A DNA stretch of 64,000 nucleotides from Octopus vulgaris (Eukaryota): positions 10,168,001-10,232,000 of the forward strand of contig OX597814.1 of NCBI GenBank assembly GCA_951406725.2, written 5' to 3'. Each line of letters begins with the position of its first letter. Positions within the stretch are counted from its first letter, which is position 1. The position numbers and the translations under genes are program-made. Shown in pieces: positions 1 through 14,431 of this stretch. The notes under the pieces are model-generated. The model saw only the letters and a list, made by a program, of their open reading frames with translations, searched no databases and was not told the DNA's origin.

Positions 1-279
1 TATACTCCCAACTCCCAGCAGTCGCCAGGTTGTAGGGTTGGATGGAATAGGACAAATACAAAAAGTGAAACAGGAATACAAACAGTGTCAAATGCAAACC
101 CGTAAACACGCAGAGAAGATACAATACACATGCCAAAGACATAGTCACACACACTAATACAAACGCAAATGCATGCGCAGATAGCGATACATGTCACAGA
201 TGGACAAACTGGAAAAGACATCCCACCGATGGAAACTTTGACTTCCATCCTTTTGCGGTCGGTAGATAAGATATTTTTA

Positions 280-605
280 GACAAATTATCTCAGGGAAAA
301 CTGTTGATTTAGTCTCCCACAGTCTCTTCAGCTCGCTCGTTAGATCCTGATATTTCTCGATGTTTTCAATTTCTTAGAGATCGTCTTTACTATCATAGTG
401 GATTGTAGAATCTTACACTGTTTATGTATTTATAATCATATTCGGTCTTGTTGGTCCCATAGGAGGTCAATTTTTATGCTTGGAAATTCCGCAAGATTCT
501 GTAATTCTCATATGCAAACATATTCAAACATAGCCCCCGGTTCGTATTCAAACCACTTTCTGCGATTTTTACACTGCATACTCGTATAATATCCGAATGC
601 ATTCT
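280..605 (-). mobile_element. Degenerate R4/Dong-type non-LTR retrotransposon fragment (restriction-like endonuclease region)
   Basis: Frameshifted translation RKWFEYEPGAMFE..ENYRILRNFQ..RPNMII..EIENIEKYQDLTSELKRLWETKSTVFPEII resembles the KWY-H-P...ILWDF...RPD...KY-DL--EL-RLW RLE signature. Confidence 0.7.
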
Positions 606-606
606 T

Positions 607-875
607 TATGATGAAAACGATGATGATACTGTTGCTGATGATGACGGTGACGACGACGACGATGGTGATGATGATGATGATGATAATGACGACGATGAGG
701 GTGATGGCGATGGCGATGATGCGATGACGATGACGACGATGATGATGATGATGATGATGACAATAGTCATAATGATGACGATGACGAGGACGATGGTGAT
801 GATGGTGACGACGGCGAAGATGGTGATGGTGATGATGACGACGACTACGACCTCCCACCACCACCACCACCACGA
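607..875. repeat. (GAT/GAC)n and (CCA)n trinucleotide low-complexity tract
   Basis: Read directly from sequence. Confidence 0.9.
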
Positions 876-1413
876 TGTTAGTCTCTTTTTCCTTTCCGCA
901 GTAAAAAAAAATAAAGTCTATTTAAAAATAGTGGTTGTAAAGTAAGATGCGTGTAAAAAATTTTGTGTAATAAGTGTCAGAAATTAAAATATCCGAAACA
1001 AAGAGGTGATGAGGTGGGTACATATAGAAATTAAAGTCACAACCTCGGCAGAGAGGAGCCAATTGAAGTGGCGTGTGACAGTGACGTATACAAATTATAT
1101 GTCCTAGAGTGACATATGAATTAAAATTGTGACAGCGAAATGTGTGAATTGTAACGAAGATAGGATGTAAATGTAGAAATTATGTACGAAGTTATATGTG
1201 TGAATGCTCCTACTGAGCTTTGTCTCTGTATATGTGTATACATTTGTATATTTATATGTATGTACAAACATATAACTACACAAACACACATACATATACA
1301 TACATCCACACGTACGTGTGTACACTCATTGTACGTATATGTGCATGTTTATATAGAACTCCTTCTCTCTTTCTCTCTCTCTATATATCTATTATATATA
1401 TATGTGTGTGTGT

Positions 1414-1452
<39 letters not shown>

Positions 1453-1506
1453 AATATACATATGCATATATCGGTACAGGATGTTACCAACAGTAAACAA
1501 CATATA

Positions 1507-1892
1507 GCCATGTGGTAAGAAGATGGCTTCCCAACCACAAGGTTCCGGGTTCAGTCTCACTGCGTGGCACCTTGGGCAAGTAAATTCTACTATAGCCTCG
1601 AGCCGGCCGAAGCCTTGTGAGTGGATTTGGCAGACGGAAACTGGAAGAAGCTGTCATATATATATATATATATATATATATACATTGGCACGTGTGTGTC
1701 TGTCTTTATCCCACACCATCGCTTGACATCCGATGGTGGTGTCTTTATGTCCCTGTAACTTAGCAGTTCGGCAAAAGAGACTGATAAAATAAGTATTGGG
1801 CTTACAAAGAATAAGTCATGGAGTCGATTTATTCGACAAAAGGTGGTGCTCCATCATGGCCGCAGTCAAATGATTGAAACCAATAAATGAAT
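1507..1892 (+). mobile_element. tRNA-derived CORE-type SINE (family 1) with internal (TA)n
   Basis: tRNA-like head (TGTGGTAAG...GGTTCAGTC), CORE-like GGCACCTTGGGCAAGT, tail GGTGCTCCATCATGGCCGCAGTCAAATGA; many homologous copies in the window. Confidence 0.85.
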
Positions 1893-1928
1893 ACATATAT
1901 ATGTATATAGATATACATATATATCTAC

Positions 1929-2006
<78 letters not shown>

Positions 2007-2008
<2 letters not shown>

Positions 2009-2240
2009 CGGGAAAGTTTACGAAAATAAACAAAAGACGAAGGCAGGTGGTGTACAAACAAACAGATGTATTAGTATAGCGCTCCGGAATAGAAAAAGTA
2101 TTTTACATTTCGAGCCTACGCTCTTCTACAGAAAGGAGAGAAACAAGGAGAGAAAAAAATGTGTATTGTAGCTAACGATCTATCTTGGCGTCTGACTCGG
2201 ACAGAATGATCAGACGGGAAGGTAAGGGTCAAGATGACCT
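2007..2240 (-). mobile_element. Penelope-like terminal-repeat fragment (family A) with a degenerate hammerhead
   Basis: Homologous to 56325-56497, 48505-48635 and 50440-50490. Minus strand CTGTAGA-A-GAGC-GTAG-GCTC-GAAA-TG-TA at 2101-2134; abuts (TA)n. Confidence 0.6.
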
Positions 2241-2242
2241 CG

Positions 2243-2460
2243 TATATCTTAGCTGCCGTTTCGTATACGAGCAATGCCATTGCTAAAGAGAATCATTGAA
2301 ATGAGTCAATATTAATACACTGTGAGTCCCTTGTATGACTCTTGTATAATGCGCAGCTGTGACAGAAGGAACAGATGCCACAGTATGAACTCTTTTGATG
2401 TGCCTTTTCAGTCCTCCAAATGAAAGGCACACCTTTTCACATGCTGCACATATATTGGAC
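2243..2460 (-). mobile_element. RTE-clade LINE 3' end fragment with a C2H2-like motif
   Basis: Encodes CAACEKVCLSFGGLKRHIKRVH, similar to the C-terminus of the RTE at 21461-21720, followed by a short 3' UTR. Confidence 0.6.
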
Positions 2461-2554
2461 AATAGCCATATCATATATACACACGCGCACACACACTTAA
2501 ATGTAGATGCATACATACATGTGTATATATATCTATATATATATATACATGTAT

Positions 2555-2785
2555 AAAGTTAATCTAAACATGAAAACACAAAGAGAAAACACAACAACGC
2601 GAGGACGTGGAACAAGTATAGTATTATTGGACGCTCAGGAAAGAAGGGAAGAAGGAGGCTTTTACGTTTCGAGCGTAGCTCTTCATCAGAAACAAAGGAA
2701 AAGGAAATATCCAGAGAAGGGAAGATGGAGGGGAAAAAATCGCCAGCGGTACACACGCGGTCACATTTTGAATGACCGGAAGGAA

Positions 2786-2786
<1 letters not shown>
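2555..2786 (-). mobile_element. Penelope-like terminal-repeat fragment (family B) with a hammerhead
   Basis: Homologous to 56511-56697; flanked by (TA)n; contains the hammerhead motif at 2659-2693. Confidence 0.65.
2659..2693 (-). ncRNA. Minimal type I hammerhead ribozyme (canonical C3-G8 core)
   Basis: gttt-CTGATGA-A-GAGC(TAC)GCTC-GAAA-CG-TA-aaag: intact core, 4-bp helix II, palindromic ACGT helix III, short helix I. Confidence 0.7.
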
Positions 2787-2830
<44 letters not shown>

Positions 2831-3261
2831 CTTGCGTGCGAGACGGATTGCGTAAATATATGTACGCATGCATTTATGTATATATTTTATATTTATATTT
2901 ATACGTCTGTATATGTATGGCGTTTGCACGCATCCTTCTGTGTATGTTGATATATATATGTACACTTTAATAATAATAATATGTATTGCAGTGTAATATT
3001 TATAATAGGTTTAATTTCTATGCTTTAATTATACTTTCTTCATTAGTGTCAATATGTATTTTATTCAATGTAAGGTTTTTTCCTCGAATTTTATAATTTT
3101 TATAAGTTTTTATATATATATATACATATATTTTTGACCTTTTTGTTTATCGCTCGAAGATTGACTGTTTTTTCTAAAGGGCCAATCAAACAAGTCCATT
3201 TTTTTAAAGGTGTAGCGTTTGTAAGAGTCTAGATTGAATTGATATATCGGTTCCATTCTAG

Positions 3262-3311
3262 CAAAAACTGTCTGATGAACGGCAACGAGAAACTCAGAGT
3301 AACAGATTTTG
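3262..3311 (+). ncRNA. Type I hammerhead-like motif in a probable Penelope-like terminal repeat
   Basis: ctgt-CTGATGA-ACGGCAACGA-GAAA-CTCAGAG-TA-acag. Helix I ctgt/acag, weak helix II; followed by AATAAA and (TA)n. Confidence 0.6.
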
Positions 3312-3655
3312 TTGAATTTTCTGCTGCTTAAAATAAAGTATATATATATATATGCTTTTTTTCTCTAAGTATGCATTTACATCTGTCTGTTCTCTGGGTA
3401 TAGATGTGTGTATGTAATTCCACAGATGATTGATATTTTGTTTGTATTTCAGTTTAGGCAGCGCTCGTGTGCTTTAGCGTCTGTCAATATATAGTTGTTT
3501 ATGTAAACACCAAACTTTGTGTACAAACTTACTTGTTTGTATGTCGATATGAGTGTATGTACTTATGCTTGTTTGACTGCATATCTACATACGTGTCTGA
3601 GATAGAGCTTATGCTTATGTGCGTTATATCTGTATGTATGTATGTATGTATGTAT

Positions 3656-4782
3656 GTTAGGTCGCGCTTGAATGCTACTGGTAATATGTAATCCTGTACA
3701 ACCTGTCACATGGTCGGGTCGTCGGCGACTAAACTGGCAACCCCACCAGGCTTGCTTGGTGAGGAAGGTGTTGTTGGGCACAGTGTGATGAAAACTAAGA
3801 CCCGCCAAAGGGCAGAGGAACTCCTGAACAGTCAACGGCCATAAAACAAAATAACTGTAAATATGTATATATCTTTTTTTTTATATGTATATGTATATTT
3901 TCACATTTTATATATATACGAGCAAAATTCCCCCCGTCCAATGGACGGTGCTGAGTTGTCAAACATTTAAACCGAATTTTCTCAAAACAACTTGTCCGAC
4001 CGTCCCATAGGCCTCCCCTTTGAGAAACACTGATTTGACCTATATTTGAGACACCAGCAAAAGACGGATTTCGACTGATGTACTTGCGTGTACAAATGCA
4101 AGTTCCCACGGCTTTATCGATCGCATTCTCGCCTGGAATCGATTTTTGTAATTTTTTCAAGACTTATACACGCCCTGATATCGTCGGTATCTACATATCA
4201 AATTTGAACGCAATCGGATGGTGGATACCCGAGATCGTAGAAGACACACACACAGACAGACAGAACGGATTTAATATAATAGATTATTTCTATTCAAATT
4301 TTACTTTATATTTTTTATTTGCATATCTCTTATATATTTACATATATTATTTATATTTAATTCACATAGTGTGACTTTTTTTATATATGTATATTTTTAC
4401 TTTTATATACATATATTTATTGCATATCTTTTAGTTTTTTTTATATTTATATATATTATTTCTTATTTACATTTGCAAATCACATACATTCCTTTTCTTT
4501 TGTCATTTTTTAATGTATGAACGAGCTACTCCGCATCTGTCACCGGAATGATATTTGATCACTTTATAGAGTGTTTGAGTGTCGGTTTGGTGTCTGGAAT
4601 GGGATAGCTTACCTCGTGGGCAGGTAGAAGCTCTTTAACCTTCGCTGGTAATCTGCCTACGAAAAGGAAATCTCCGATATAAAACCTGAAGCTTTGGAAG
4701 TTCCTGGTTTTGTCAATTTTCATGTCACACAAGCCTGGGGACGTCAAGGGAACAGGTCTGGCTCAACAGGTGTCCCAGTGTA
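3656..4782 (+). mobile_element. 5' UTR-only copy of the RTE LINE, interrupted by a Helitron
   Basis: 3656-3860 matches the reverse complement of 25120-25330; 4500-4782 matches the reverse complement of 24235-24690 with an internal deletion; preceded by (TATG)n. Confidence 0.8.
3919..4283 (-). mobile_element. Non-autonomous Helitron-like element
   Basis: Minus strand starts A|TCTATTATATTAAA...(TCTG)n and ends with hairpin CCGTCC-ATT-GGACGG then CTCG|T; no target-site duplication. Confidence 0.65.
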
Positions 4783-4889
4783 TATTGTTTGCAAGGGCCT
4801 GGGGAGAATCATGGAGAGAGGTTTCTGGACAATAAAGAAAGAGGAGAAAAAAATAAAAACAATAATCAAAATTTAAAAAATAATCAAAA

Positions 4890-5990
4890 CACTAATTAAC
4901 GAACACCTAGATTCCTTCATAGACAAAGAGAAAGATTATTTATGCAATTCTGTAAACAAAGAGCAATTTCTACGGATTACCTAGAATTTACAAAAGCTCT
5001 GAAATTCTGAGAGCCATTAATGAGCAGAAGAAGCAATACATAAAAATACTAAAACCTACTGACCTCAAAATGAGACCAATAATGACCAATAATTACTGGA
5101 CCTCAAGCACTAATACAAAAACTGCGTTATTTTTTGGACATACTCCTAAAACCTTTTTGCCCATTAATACCCAGCTATATATGAGACAGCACAGATTCCC
5201 TCCAGCACATTCCACCCACTGTACAAGAAAGTGCTATACTTACAAGCTTTGATGTCACCAATGTTTATACCAATATACCTCACACTTTGGGCCTAGAAGC
5301 AGTCAAACACTGCGTAGAGAAACATAAAGAAAGGATTAATGAACGCGTCGAAACTGTTTCCATCACCAAGGCCACGCACCTAGTACTAGAAGAGAACACC
5401 TTTAGATTCTATAATAAGATATATCGATGGTGAAAGGGCACAGCTATGGGGACACAGTTTGCACCCTTAAATGCTATACTAGTCATGGAATACTTGGAAG
5501 AAAAGCTTTGTGAGGAAGAACAGGGAGCTTTTAATAAGCATTGCAAGAAATACATCATAAAAAAGTGGAAACTTTTCCTCGGTGACTGCTTCATCTTCTG
5601 GGACAAATCAAAATTGAACCTACAAATATTTAATAATATACTCAACGCACTTAACCCACCCATCAAATTTATGGCAGAATCCAACTGCAATGAATTATCA
5701 TTCTTATATATTCACATAAAAATACATAACTCCACATTCACAACAGACATATTTTGCAAAAAAAAAAAAAAACGGACATGCACCAGTATTTGAATTTCTA
5801 ATCTTGCCATCCGTCACATATGAAGAGGAACATCCCATACAGCATAACAAGACGTATCTATGCTATAGTGATTGATCCCAAAATACACCAAATCCGTCTC
5901 AACGATCTCAAAGACTTCCTAAGAAGACAGAAATACCCATTAGGATCAATAAAGGAGGGAATTAAAAAGACATCTTTGAAAGGTCACATA
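4890..5990 (+). mobile_element. Degenerate Penelope-like element reverse transcriptase fragment
   Basis: Frameshifted motifs RPI.., FDVTNVYTNIP, GTAMGTQFAP..A.LVMEYLEEK, degenerate FLGDCF (for Y.DD), FTTDIFCK, SCHPSHMKRNIPYS are typical of PLE RT. Confidence 0.85.
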
Positions 5991-6129
5991 CCATTGCGAG
6001 AAAATATGTTTGCTTACAAATATGTTGATATGTATACAATGGAAAGAAAAAAGAAAGAAGAAAAAAGAAAAATGCTTTGTAATGAAATTTCAATGAACTG
6101 ACCACATCAAATTGAAAAGAAACCTCTCT

Positions 6130-6380
<251 letters not shown>

Positions 6381-6733
6381 TCTGTCCTTTCTCCACTCTA
6401 TATTATTTTTCCTCCTCTTTCTTGATCGTCCCGAAATCACCCTCTCTCTGTATCTATTACCCCTCTTTGCTTTTCTTTTTTCTCTCTTTCTCTCCCCTTT
6501 TTTCTAAAATAACAAAAACGATATTCTCCTCTTCTAAACAAAGCGTAAAAGCACCCGATTCATATAAATGAATAAGCGAAACATTCTGTTTTTACCATTT
6601 TGATTTTGATTTTGTCTTGAGGAGTTCGAAAAAAATGAACCAAAGCACAAATAAAGAATTATTCAAAATTCTGATTGCCTCCTTTTTCTCAATATACAAT
6701 ACCTGTACACCACTTCAAACACTCTGTACATAC

Positions 6734-6815
<82 letters not shown>

Positions 6816-7593
6816 GTGTGTGTGTTGGTATATGTATATATGAGTGCGATATAATAATTTTTACGTGCGTATGCGAGTATATGTGAGTTTGTGTGAGTGC
6901 GTGCAAGCATCCTTGTGTAGTATTTATGTAGATTGTATGTCTGTGTTTGTTTGTCTGTATGTGTATGTGTGCGTGTGTTAGTTGGTAAAGGATAAAGGAA
7001 AACTAACCAAAGATATACAAGAAATAAATATAATACTTTAGACACTGGAAGAGCCATTCATGCAGACACACACAGAGAGAAAAACACACAAATACGCAAT
7101 AACATGAGTCCAGTATATGTTTGTGTATATGAACGTTCATCAGTGGCTGTATGATATAAAGGGAACAGATTCAAGAGAATGAGAGAGAGAGAGAGGGGGG
7201 AGAGTGAGGAAAGAGTATGTTATAGAGTGAAAGAGAAGAGAGGAAATAGATTGCTTTTCATTGCTCATGATTACTATAAACGAATGTGCGTGTATGGTTA
7301 TTTATACGTGCGCACATATACGGACATTAACATATATGCAAATACATTTATTTTTTTACATATATGCATATAGATATGTGTATGTATATGGGATTATATA
7401 TGTATAGACAGACAGATAGATAGATGGATAGATTGATAGATAGATATTTACATACATATATATTTAGTGTATACGTGTGAGAGTGTATATGCTCACAAAT
7501 ATCAATACGCATAGAAACATAGATATCCTTATGTATATACATATAGACTTACATGTATAAATACATGCATGCATACATACATGTACACGCACG

Positions 7594-7631
<38 letters not shown>

Positions 7632-7693
7632 GACATATACATATATATTTGTACATATATATGTATACATCTTTGTAAGCGTGTATGCATATC

Positions 7694-7724
<31 letters not shown>

Positions 7725-8072
7725 GAAAACAAATTTAAACGCCCATCTATTGCCAAATAGCTACTAAAAAATAAACAAAAACACAACGAAGAAAAGAAAC
7801 AAATAGCTAACAATGTATATATACATATTGTGCATATATATATATAATGCACATATATATGAATATATATGCGTATACACATACACACGTACGCACACAC
7901 ACGGACACACATTAATGTTATCAAGAAAATGGCGTTTTTTTTTTCATATGAAATATAAAGTACAAATAATACAGAAATCCAATTTTAAAAAAATTGTAAA
8001 ATATATTGATAAAATTTAGTGTAAGGAAAGCAATATAAATGATATTGTTGACTAGAAGAAACCCGATCCAAC

Positions 8073-8251
8073 TCTTCTTCTTCTTCTTCTTCTTCTTCTT
8101 CTTCTTCTTCTTCTTCTTCTTCTTCTTCTTCTTCTTCTTCTTCTTCTTCTTCTTCTTCTTCTTCTTCTTCTTCTCCTTCATCATCTTCTTCTTCTTCTTC
8201 TTCTTCTTCTTCTTCTTCTTCTTCTTCTTCTTCTTCTTCTTCTTCTTCTTC
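8073..8251. repeat. (TTC)n microsatellite, nearly pure
   Basis: About 180 bp polypyrimidine tract with one short interruption. Confidence 0.95.
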
Positions 8252-8392
8252 TCGACGTGTCAACAATACAGGGACCTCCATACAGCACTGGAGGGCAAGA
8301 AGCTATCTTTTGACAAGTAGAAGTATAACAGTAATAACAATAACAACGGCATCGCCGCCGCCACCATCCCACCCCACCATCGACAGTAGTAG

Positions 8393-9080
8393 TATCATCA
8401 TCATATTCATCATCATCTTCATCGTCGTCATCATCATCATCATCCTCGTCATCGTCATCATCGCCATCATGGTCATGTAACTTTCTCCTCTTCTGTCTCC
8501 TCACCATCCTGATTTCCGTCATCATCAAAGTTGTCTTCGCCGTGGATGTCGTTCGTTATCTTTATCATCTTGACCTTTGCTATCACCATCATCATTGTCA
8601 ACATCACCGTTTCAGCTATTATCATCATCGTCATCATAATCATAAACATCATCATCATCATCGTCATTATTATCATCATCGTCATTATCATCATTATCAT
8701 CATCATCATCATCATCATCCTTGTCATCATCGTCATCCTTGTCATCATGATCTTCATCACTTTCGTCTTCATCATCATCGTCGTTGTCATCGTCATAATC
8801 CCCCTCCTCCTCCTCCTCCTCCTCCTCATCATCATCATCATCCTCATCATCATCAACAACATGATCTCCATCATCTTCAAGCAATATTGTTAACAGTTAA
8901 CTTCGCTGTTACTACCAATACCATTATCATTCCAACCATTGCCATCATCATCATCGTCGTCATCATCGTCGTCGTCGTCATCATCATCATCATCGTCATC
9001 GTCGTCATCGTCATCATCGTCATCATCATCATCACCACCACCACCGTCATTAACACCACCGCCATCGCCACCAGCGTTAT
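8393..9080. repeat. (CAT/CGT)n low-complexity tract
   Basis: Read directly from sequence. Confidence 0.9.
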
Positions 9081-9153
9081 CGTTGTCCTTTTTAGTCGCC
9101 TTTTATTCCCGACTTAGCATTTTTACCAACTTCACCAACAGAACAACACCCAG

Positions 9154-9184
<31 letters not shown>

Positions 9185-9384
9185 GCAACAACAATAGCAA
9201 TAGTAGCAAACACAATGACGAGGGCAAGAAACAACTCCCCATCTCATACATAACTGAAAGGAAGAAAATATAAAGTATAATATAAAGGCAGGAAATTTTG
9301 ATGCAATTTATTTCATTATTTTTATTTTAAAGATTTGCTGATAAACAAGTAACAAATTCACTCACTACAACGCTCACCACATTT

Positions 9385-9390
9385 ACAACC

Positions 9391-9425
<35 letters not shown>

Positions 9426-10741
9426 CACCACCACCACCACCACCACCACCACAACCGTCACACTCAACACTGCTATTCCAACCAGCACTACCATCACAAC
9501 CACTATCACCACATCCATCACAACCAACATCAACATCACACCGAACACCACCTTCTCAATCAACACCACCACCACCACCACCACCACCACCATTTGCATA
9601 ACCATCATCATCAACGTCACTAGGTCTAATATCATCACCATCACTACCTCAAATACCACGACTACCATAACCCCCACCACCGCCGCCACCCACCACCGCC
9701 GCCACCCACCACCAAACCACTACCACCACGACCACCAAACCACCACCAACCACCACCACCACCACCACCACCACCAACCACCACCAACCACCACCACCAA
9801 CCCCCACCACAACCAACCACCACCCACCACCACCAACCACCACCAACCACCACCACCAACCACCACCAACCACCAACCACCACCACCAACCACCACCAAC
9901 CACCACCACCAACCCCCACCACAACCAACCACCACCCACCACCACCAACCACCACCAACCACCACCACCAACCACCACCAACCACCACCACCAACCACCA
10001 CCAACCACTACCACCAACCCCCACCACAACCAACCACCACCCACCACCACCAACCACCACCAACCACCACCACCAACCACCACAAACCACCACCACCAAC
10101 CCCCACCACAACCAACCACCACCCACCACCACCAACCACCACCACCACCACCACCACCACCAACCACCACCAACCACCAACCCCCACCACAACCAACCAC
10201 CACCCACCACCACCAACCACCACCAACCACCACCACCCACCACCACCAACCACCACCACCAACCACCACCACCAACCACCACCACCACCACCACCACCAC
10301 CATTTGCATAACCATCATCATCAACGTCACTAGGTCTAATATCATCACCATCACTACCTCAAATACCACGACTACCATAACCCCCACCACCGCCGCCACC
10401 CACCACCAAACCACCACCACCACCACCACCACCAACCACCACCACCAACCCCCACCCACCACCAACCCCCACCACAACCAACCACCACCCACCACCACCA
10501 ACCACCACCAACCACCACCACCAACCACCACCAACCACCACCACCAACCACCACCAACCACCACCACCAACCCCCACCACAACCAACCACCACCCACCAC
10601 CACCACCACCAACCACCACCAACCACCACCACCACCCACCACCACCAACCACCACCACCAACCACCACCAACCACCACCACCAACCCCCACCACAACCAC
10701 CACCACCCACCACCACCAACCACCACCACCAACCACCACCA

Positions 10742-10772
<31 letters not shown>

Positions 10773-10778
10773 TCATCA
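9385..10778. repeat. (CCA)n-derived compound satellite with an internal segmental duplication
   Basis: CCA/CCAA mosaic; the unique-looking segment at 9591-9697 recurs at 10301-10407. Confidence 0.9.
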
Positions 10779-11284
10779 AGCTGTTATTTTCTACTAAAAT
10801 AAGAAAATTTCAGCCATCAGTCAACGTGAAATCTTTTTGTGATCGCGCTACATGCCTGAAATAGCAGCAAAATATCCCTCCCCTTAGATTTTATATCCCT
10901 GGTTTCCATGCACATTCGAAGAATACGGGATAGTCATTGTTGGAAAGCCTTGACATACTTTGGTCTGAACAATGGCAATAATAAATAGTAACGGCACGAA
11001 ACTATCGGCATCACTGGCACTATCCTATGACAAGACGAGCCTAACTTGCATACATCACCACCTCGAACAATACCAAAACATGACCTGTTTACCGAGTGGG
11101 TTGACCTGCGAGAAATAATAGCCAAGCACTCAGACTGCTCTGAGATCAGACCCTACATTTTCAGAGAAAGATCACACCGGACACCGTCGAAAAATACGGT
11201 GATATAAGAAAAATACGGTGATCAAGAATGGAACGCCTATAATTAAGTGTTAATTAGACTACAGCTGACCATCAACACATGATG

Positions 11285-11570
11285 GCTGGGGTACTCCGTC
11301 TGTTACGACGACGAATGTTCCAGTTGCTCTGATGAAGAGAACAGACTGCTCATGAACTTAACGTGTAAGTGGCTGAGCACGCCACAGACATGTGTACTCT
11401 TAACGTAGTTCTCAAAGATATTCTGCGTGACACACAGAATGGAACAAGGTTGGCCCATTGAACAACAACCCAATACATTTTTCCCAGTTGAGTGGACATT
11501 ATGAATGTGAAATAAGGTGTCTCACTCAACGACACAACGCAACGCCGGGAATCGAACACACGAGTCTTCG
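11285..11570 (-). mobile_element. tRNA-derived SINE (family 3), degenerate
   Basis: Homologous to 49697-49885 (ACTCCGTC-GTTACGACGAC...TTAACGTAGTTCTC...GCGTGACACA); B-box-like GTTCGATTCCC on the minus strand near 11546-11557. Confidence 0.65.
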
Positions 11571-12616
11571 AATCATCACATGGTGACTCTTACAAAAATG
11601 AGCACGTATATACTATCATACCATATCACAAAGCATCCCTTGCGTTCATATCATCCCGCTCTATTTCCCCAGATCATCTACATTGAAATGTGTAGGACCA
11701 TATCTTCCTTACCATGAAATTTTTGTCACCCCAATCTATACATAACCAACATACCTATCCCACATCAAATTGTCATCTTTTCACTGAACCTTGATATTAT
11801 TTTCTTGCTTATAGATCAAACTTCTGATCACAAATATAACATAGAAACAGATACTAGATCATTCTATCCTTTAGTTTGTTCGTCACATAGTTTATAAAAA
11901 AATGGAAGAAAACATAAAGTAATCCGAAGTTCTTTAATATATTTGTCAATTTTTTTCTTTTAGATATCTCCTCAAAAATAGAGCACAAATTTTGGGTTAA
12001 AAAACAACAAAAATCCCACAATATCTAAGGATCACAGCTGATATATTTTTTATATCATAGGTCTTCACACTTCAGTCTCTGCATCACCAGAAACACCAAC
12101 AATATCAATAGAATCCATTACAGATTGAACTAACACCTAGTTGCACCGTATGCACATCATTACCACTAGTAATATATCATGTACTTCACTCGCCACAAAT
12201 ATCCATAGCCTTATACAAACCACACACCAACACATTCATACATATTTGGGATATCAAAATCAACATCTCTGTTACCTCCCTTGAAGTCCTACATCATATT
12301 CTCACCACTACGTACATTCATTTATCATTGGTGATTCACAGTAAGAGAGTGTTGGAGTTACCATAGTATATATATATATATACTACGCGGTTGTGCGTGC
12401 TTGTGTGTGCCTGTGTGTGATGGGTGGGATTTTATTGCTGACTAGTTTACAGATTTTAATCATGTTTCGATACTAGATCTTGTTGAGTACTTTCTGAAAG
12501 TGAAAGTGAAAGCCAATTTCTTACGGACACAAGAACAGTATGTATATACGCATGCATATATGTATGTATTTTTGTATGTATGTATGTGTATGTATGTATG
12601 TATGTATGTATGTATG

Positions 12617-12662
<46 letters not shown>

Positions 12663-12691
12663 TATATATAATATATATATATATATATATG

Positions 12692-12722
<31 letters not shown>

Positions 12723-13485
12723 GTGCATATATATACACGTTTATATACGTTTATTATTGCTCGCCATTAGAAAGTCGAACGATTTTTGATGGATTTTCTA
12801 AGCGATAAAATTTGACACATATATGAGCGCAGGCAACATTCCGATTTTTTTTTTAAAAAACAAGTTCAAAATATTTAGTTTTTCGGGTTACGTTATATGT
12901 TTGTTGGTTTTTATTTTCACGCCATCGTTATTTATTTATTTATTAATTTTCTTCATTTCTTTTTAAAGTTTATTTATTTATTTTGATAGAAAGGAAAATA
13001 GGAATGAGGTGATATGAGGTGAAATTTCCGAGACGTGTTCGATCTCTATCTGATATTATTCTACACATTCTTTCTATCTATCTACACTTATTTTATTGCT
13101 TATTCTATTACTACTATGAAACATGTAATTCATATTTCTATAACAGCATTATACACACCCACACAACCAATACCCACATACACACACACACTTACATATA
13201 AGGATGCATAAGCATGTATGTATATGGTATACACATATATAAAGGCATACATGTATATATAATGTGTCATGTATACATGAAGACACGCACACGCTTATAA
13301 ATACATAAATGCATACATCCGTGCATATAACACTATATTTGGTACATACAACACACACATACATATGTGTGCATGTGTGTGCGTGTAAGTGCATGTATGC
13401 ATGCATGTGTATTTGTGGGTGTGTGTGAGTATTTGTGCGTGCGCATGCGTATGTGTGTGTGTTTGTAATTATCTGCATATACTTA

Positions 13486-13700
13486 AGGCAGCGAGCTGGT
13501 AGAATCGTTACCGTGCTGGGACAAAATGTTTAGCGGCACTTCACCCATCCTTACGTTCTGAGTTCCAATTCCTCCGAGGTCGACTCCTCTTTCCATCCTT
13601 TCTGGATCGATAAAATAAGTACCAGTTGGACACTGTGGTTGATGCAATCGACTTACCCCCTCCTCTGGAATTTCCGGTTTCATGCAAAAATTTGGAATAA
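13486..13700 (+). mobile_element. Nin/Deu-domain SINE (family 2)
   Basis: GGCAGCGAGCTGGTAGAA head, GAGTTCCAATTCC B-box, GAGGTCGAC..TTTCCATCCTTT..GATCGATAAAATAAGTACCAG central domain. Confidence 0.75.
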
Positions 13701-13737
13701 TTATCTGCATATGGCGATTGTGTTAATCGAGGATACG

Positions 13738-13880
13738 AAGTGGCTGTGTGGTAAGAAGCTTGCTTACCAACCACGTGGTTTCGGGGATTCACTCCCACTG
13801 CGTGTTACCTACTGTAGTTTCGGGTCGACCAAAGCCTTGTGAATGGACTTGGTTGATGGAAACTGAAAGAAGCCCATCGC

Positions 13881-13919
<39 letters not shown>

Positions 13920-14000
13920 GTATGTATAGTATGTATGTATTTGTGCGTCTGTGTTTGTCACCCCACCCCCACCCCACCCCCACCACCATCGCTTGACAAC
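13738..14000 (+). mobile_element. CORE-type SINE (family 1), 3' truncated
   Basis: GTGGCTGTGTGGTAAGAAGCTTGCTTACCAACCAC...internal (TA)n...CATCGCTTGACAAC. Confidence 0.75.
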
Positions 14001-14431
14001 TGAATCGCAAGACAAAGAAGTCAACGTATCCTCTGCTTCGTAATTTCATTACACTTTATCAATTATCATATTTTTTTTATATTTTCAAATATCATTTCCA
14101 ATGCCCACCCCCTATCAAACACACACCCAATCCAACCCCGTCCCCTTTCCTGTTCCCTAACCAATCCCTTAATACCCTGAAATCCCAAACAAATAGTCAA
14201 CGAATTCCTTGAGTGACCAAAAATAAAAAAAATCCTTGTCTTTTTTTGTAAAAAGATTTTGTCTTTAAAGTGTTTATTATTATTTATTTATTATTATTGC
14301 TAGTTTTTAAAAAATCTTTTTTTCAAAACAATTTTTTAAAGGGACAATGGGGAGGGGAGGAAATCATGTTTAAAAGATAATCACATTGTGTGTGTGTGTG
14401 TGTGTGTGCATTCATAAACAAGTGCGATATA

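Noticed and set aside
9649-10779. Long Gly/Trp/Val-rich ORFs (up to 356 aa)
   Set aside because: Translations of (TGG)n satellite open in several frames; no domain or splice support.
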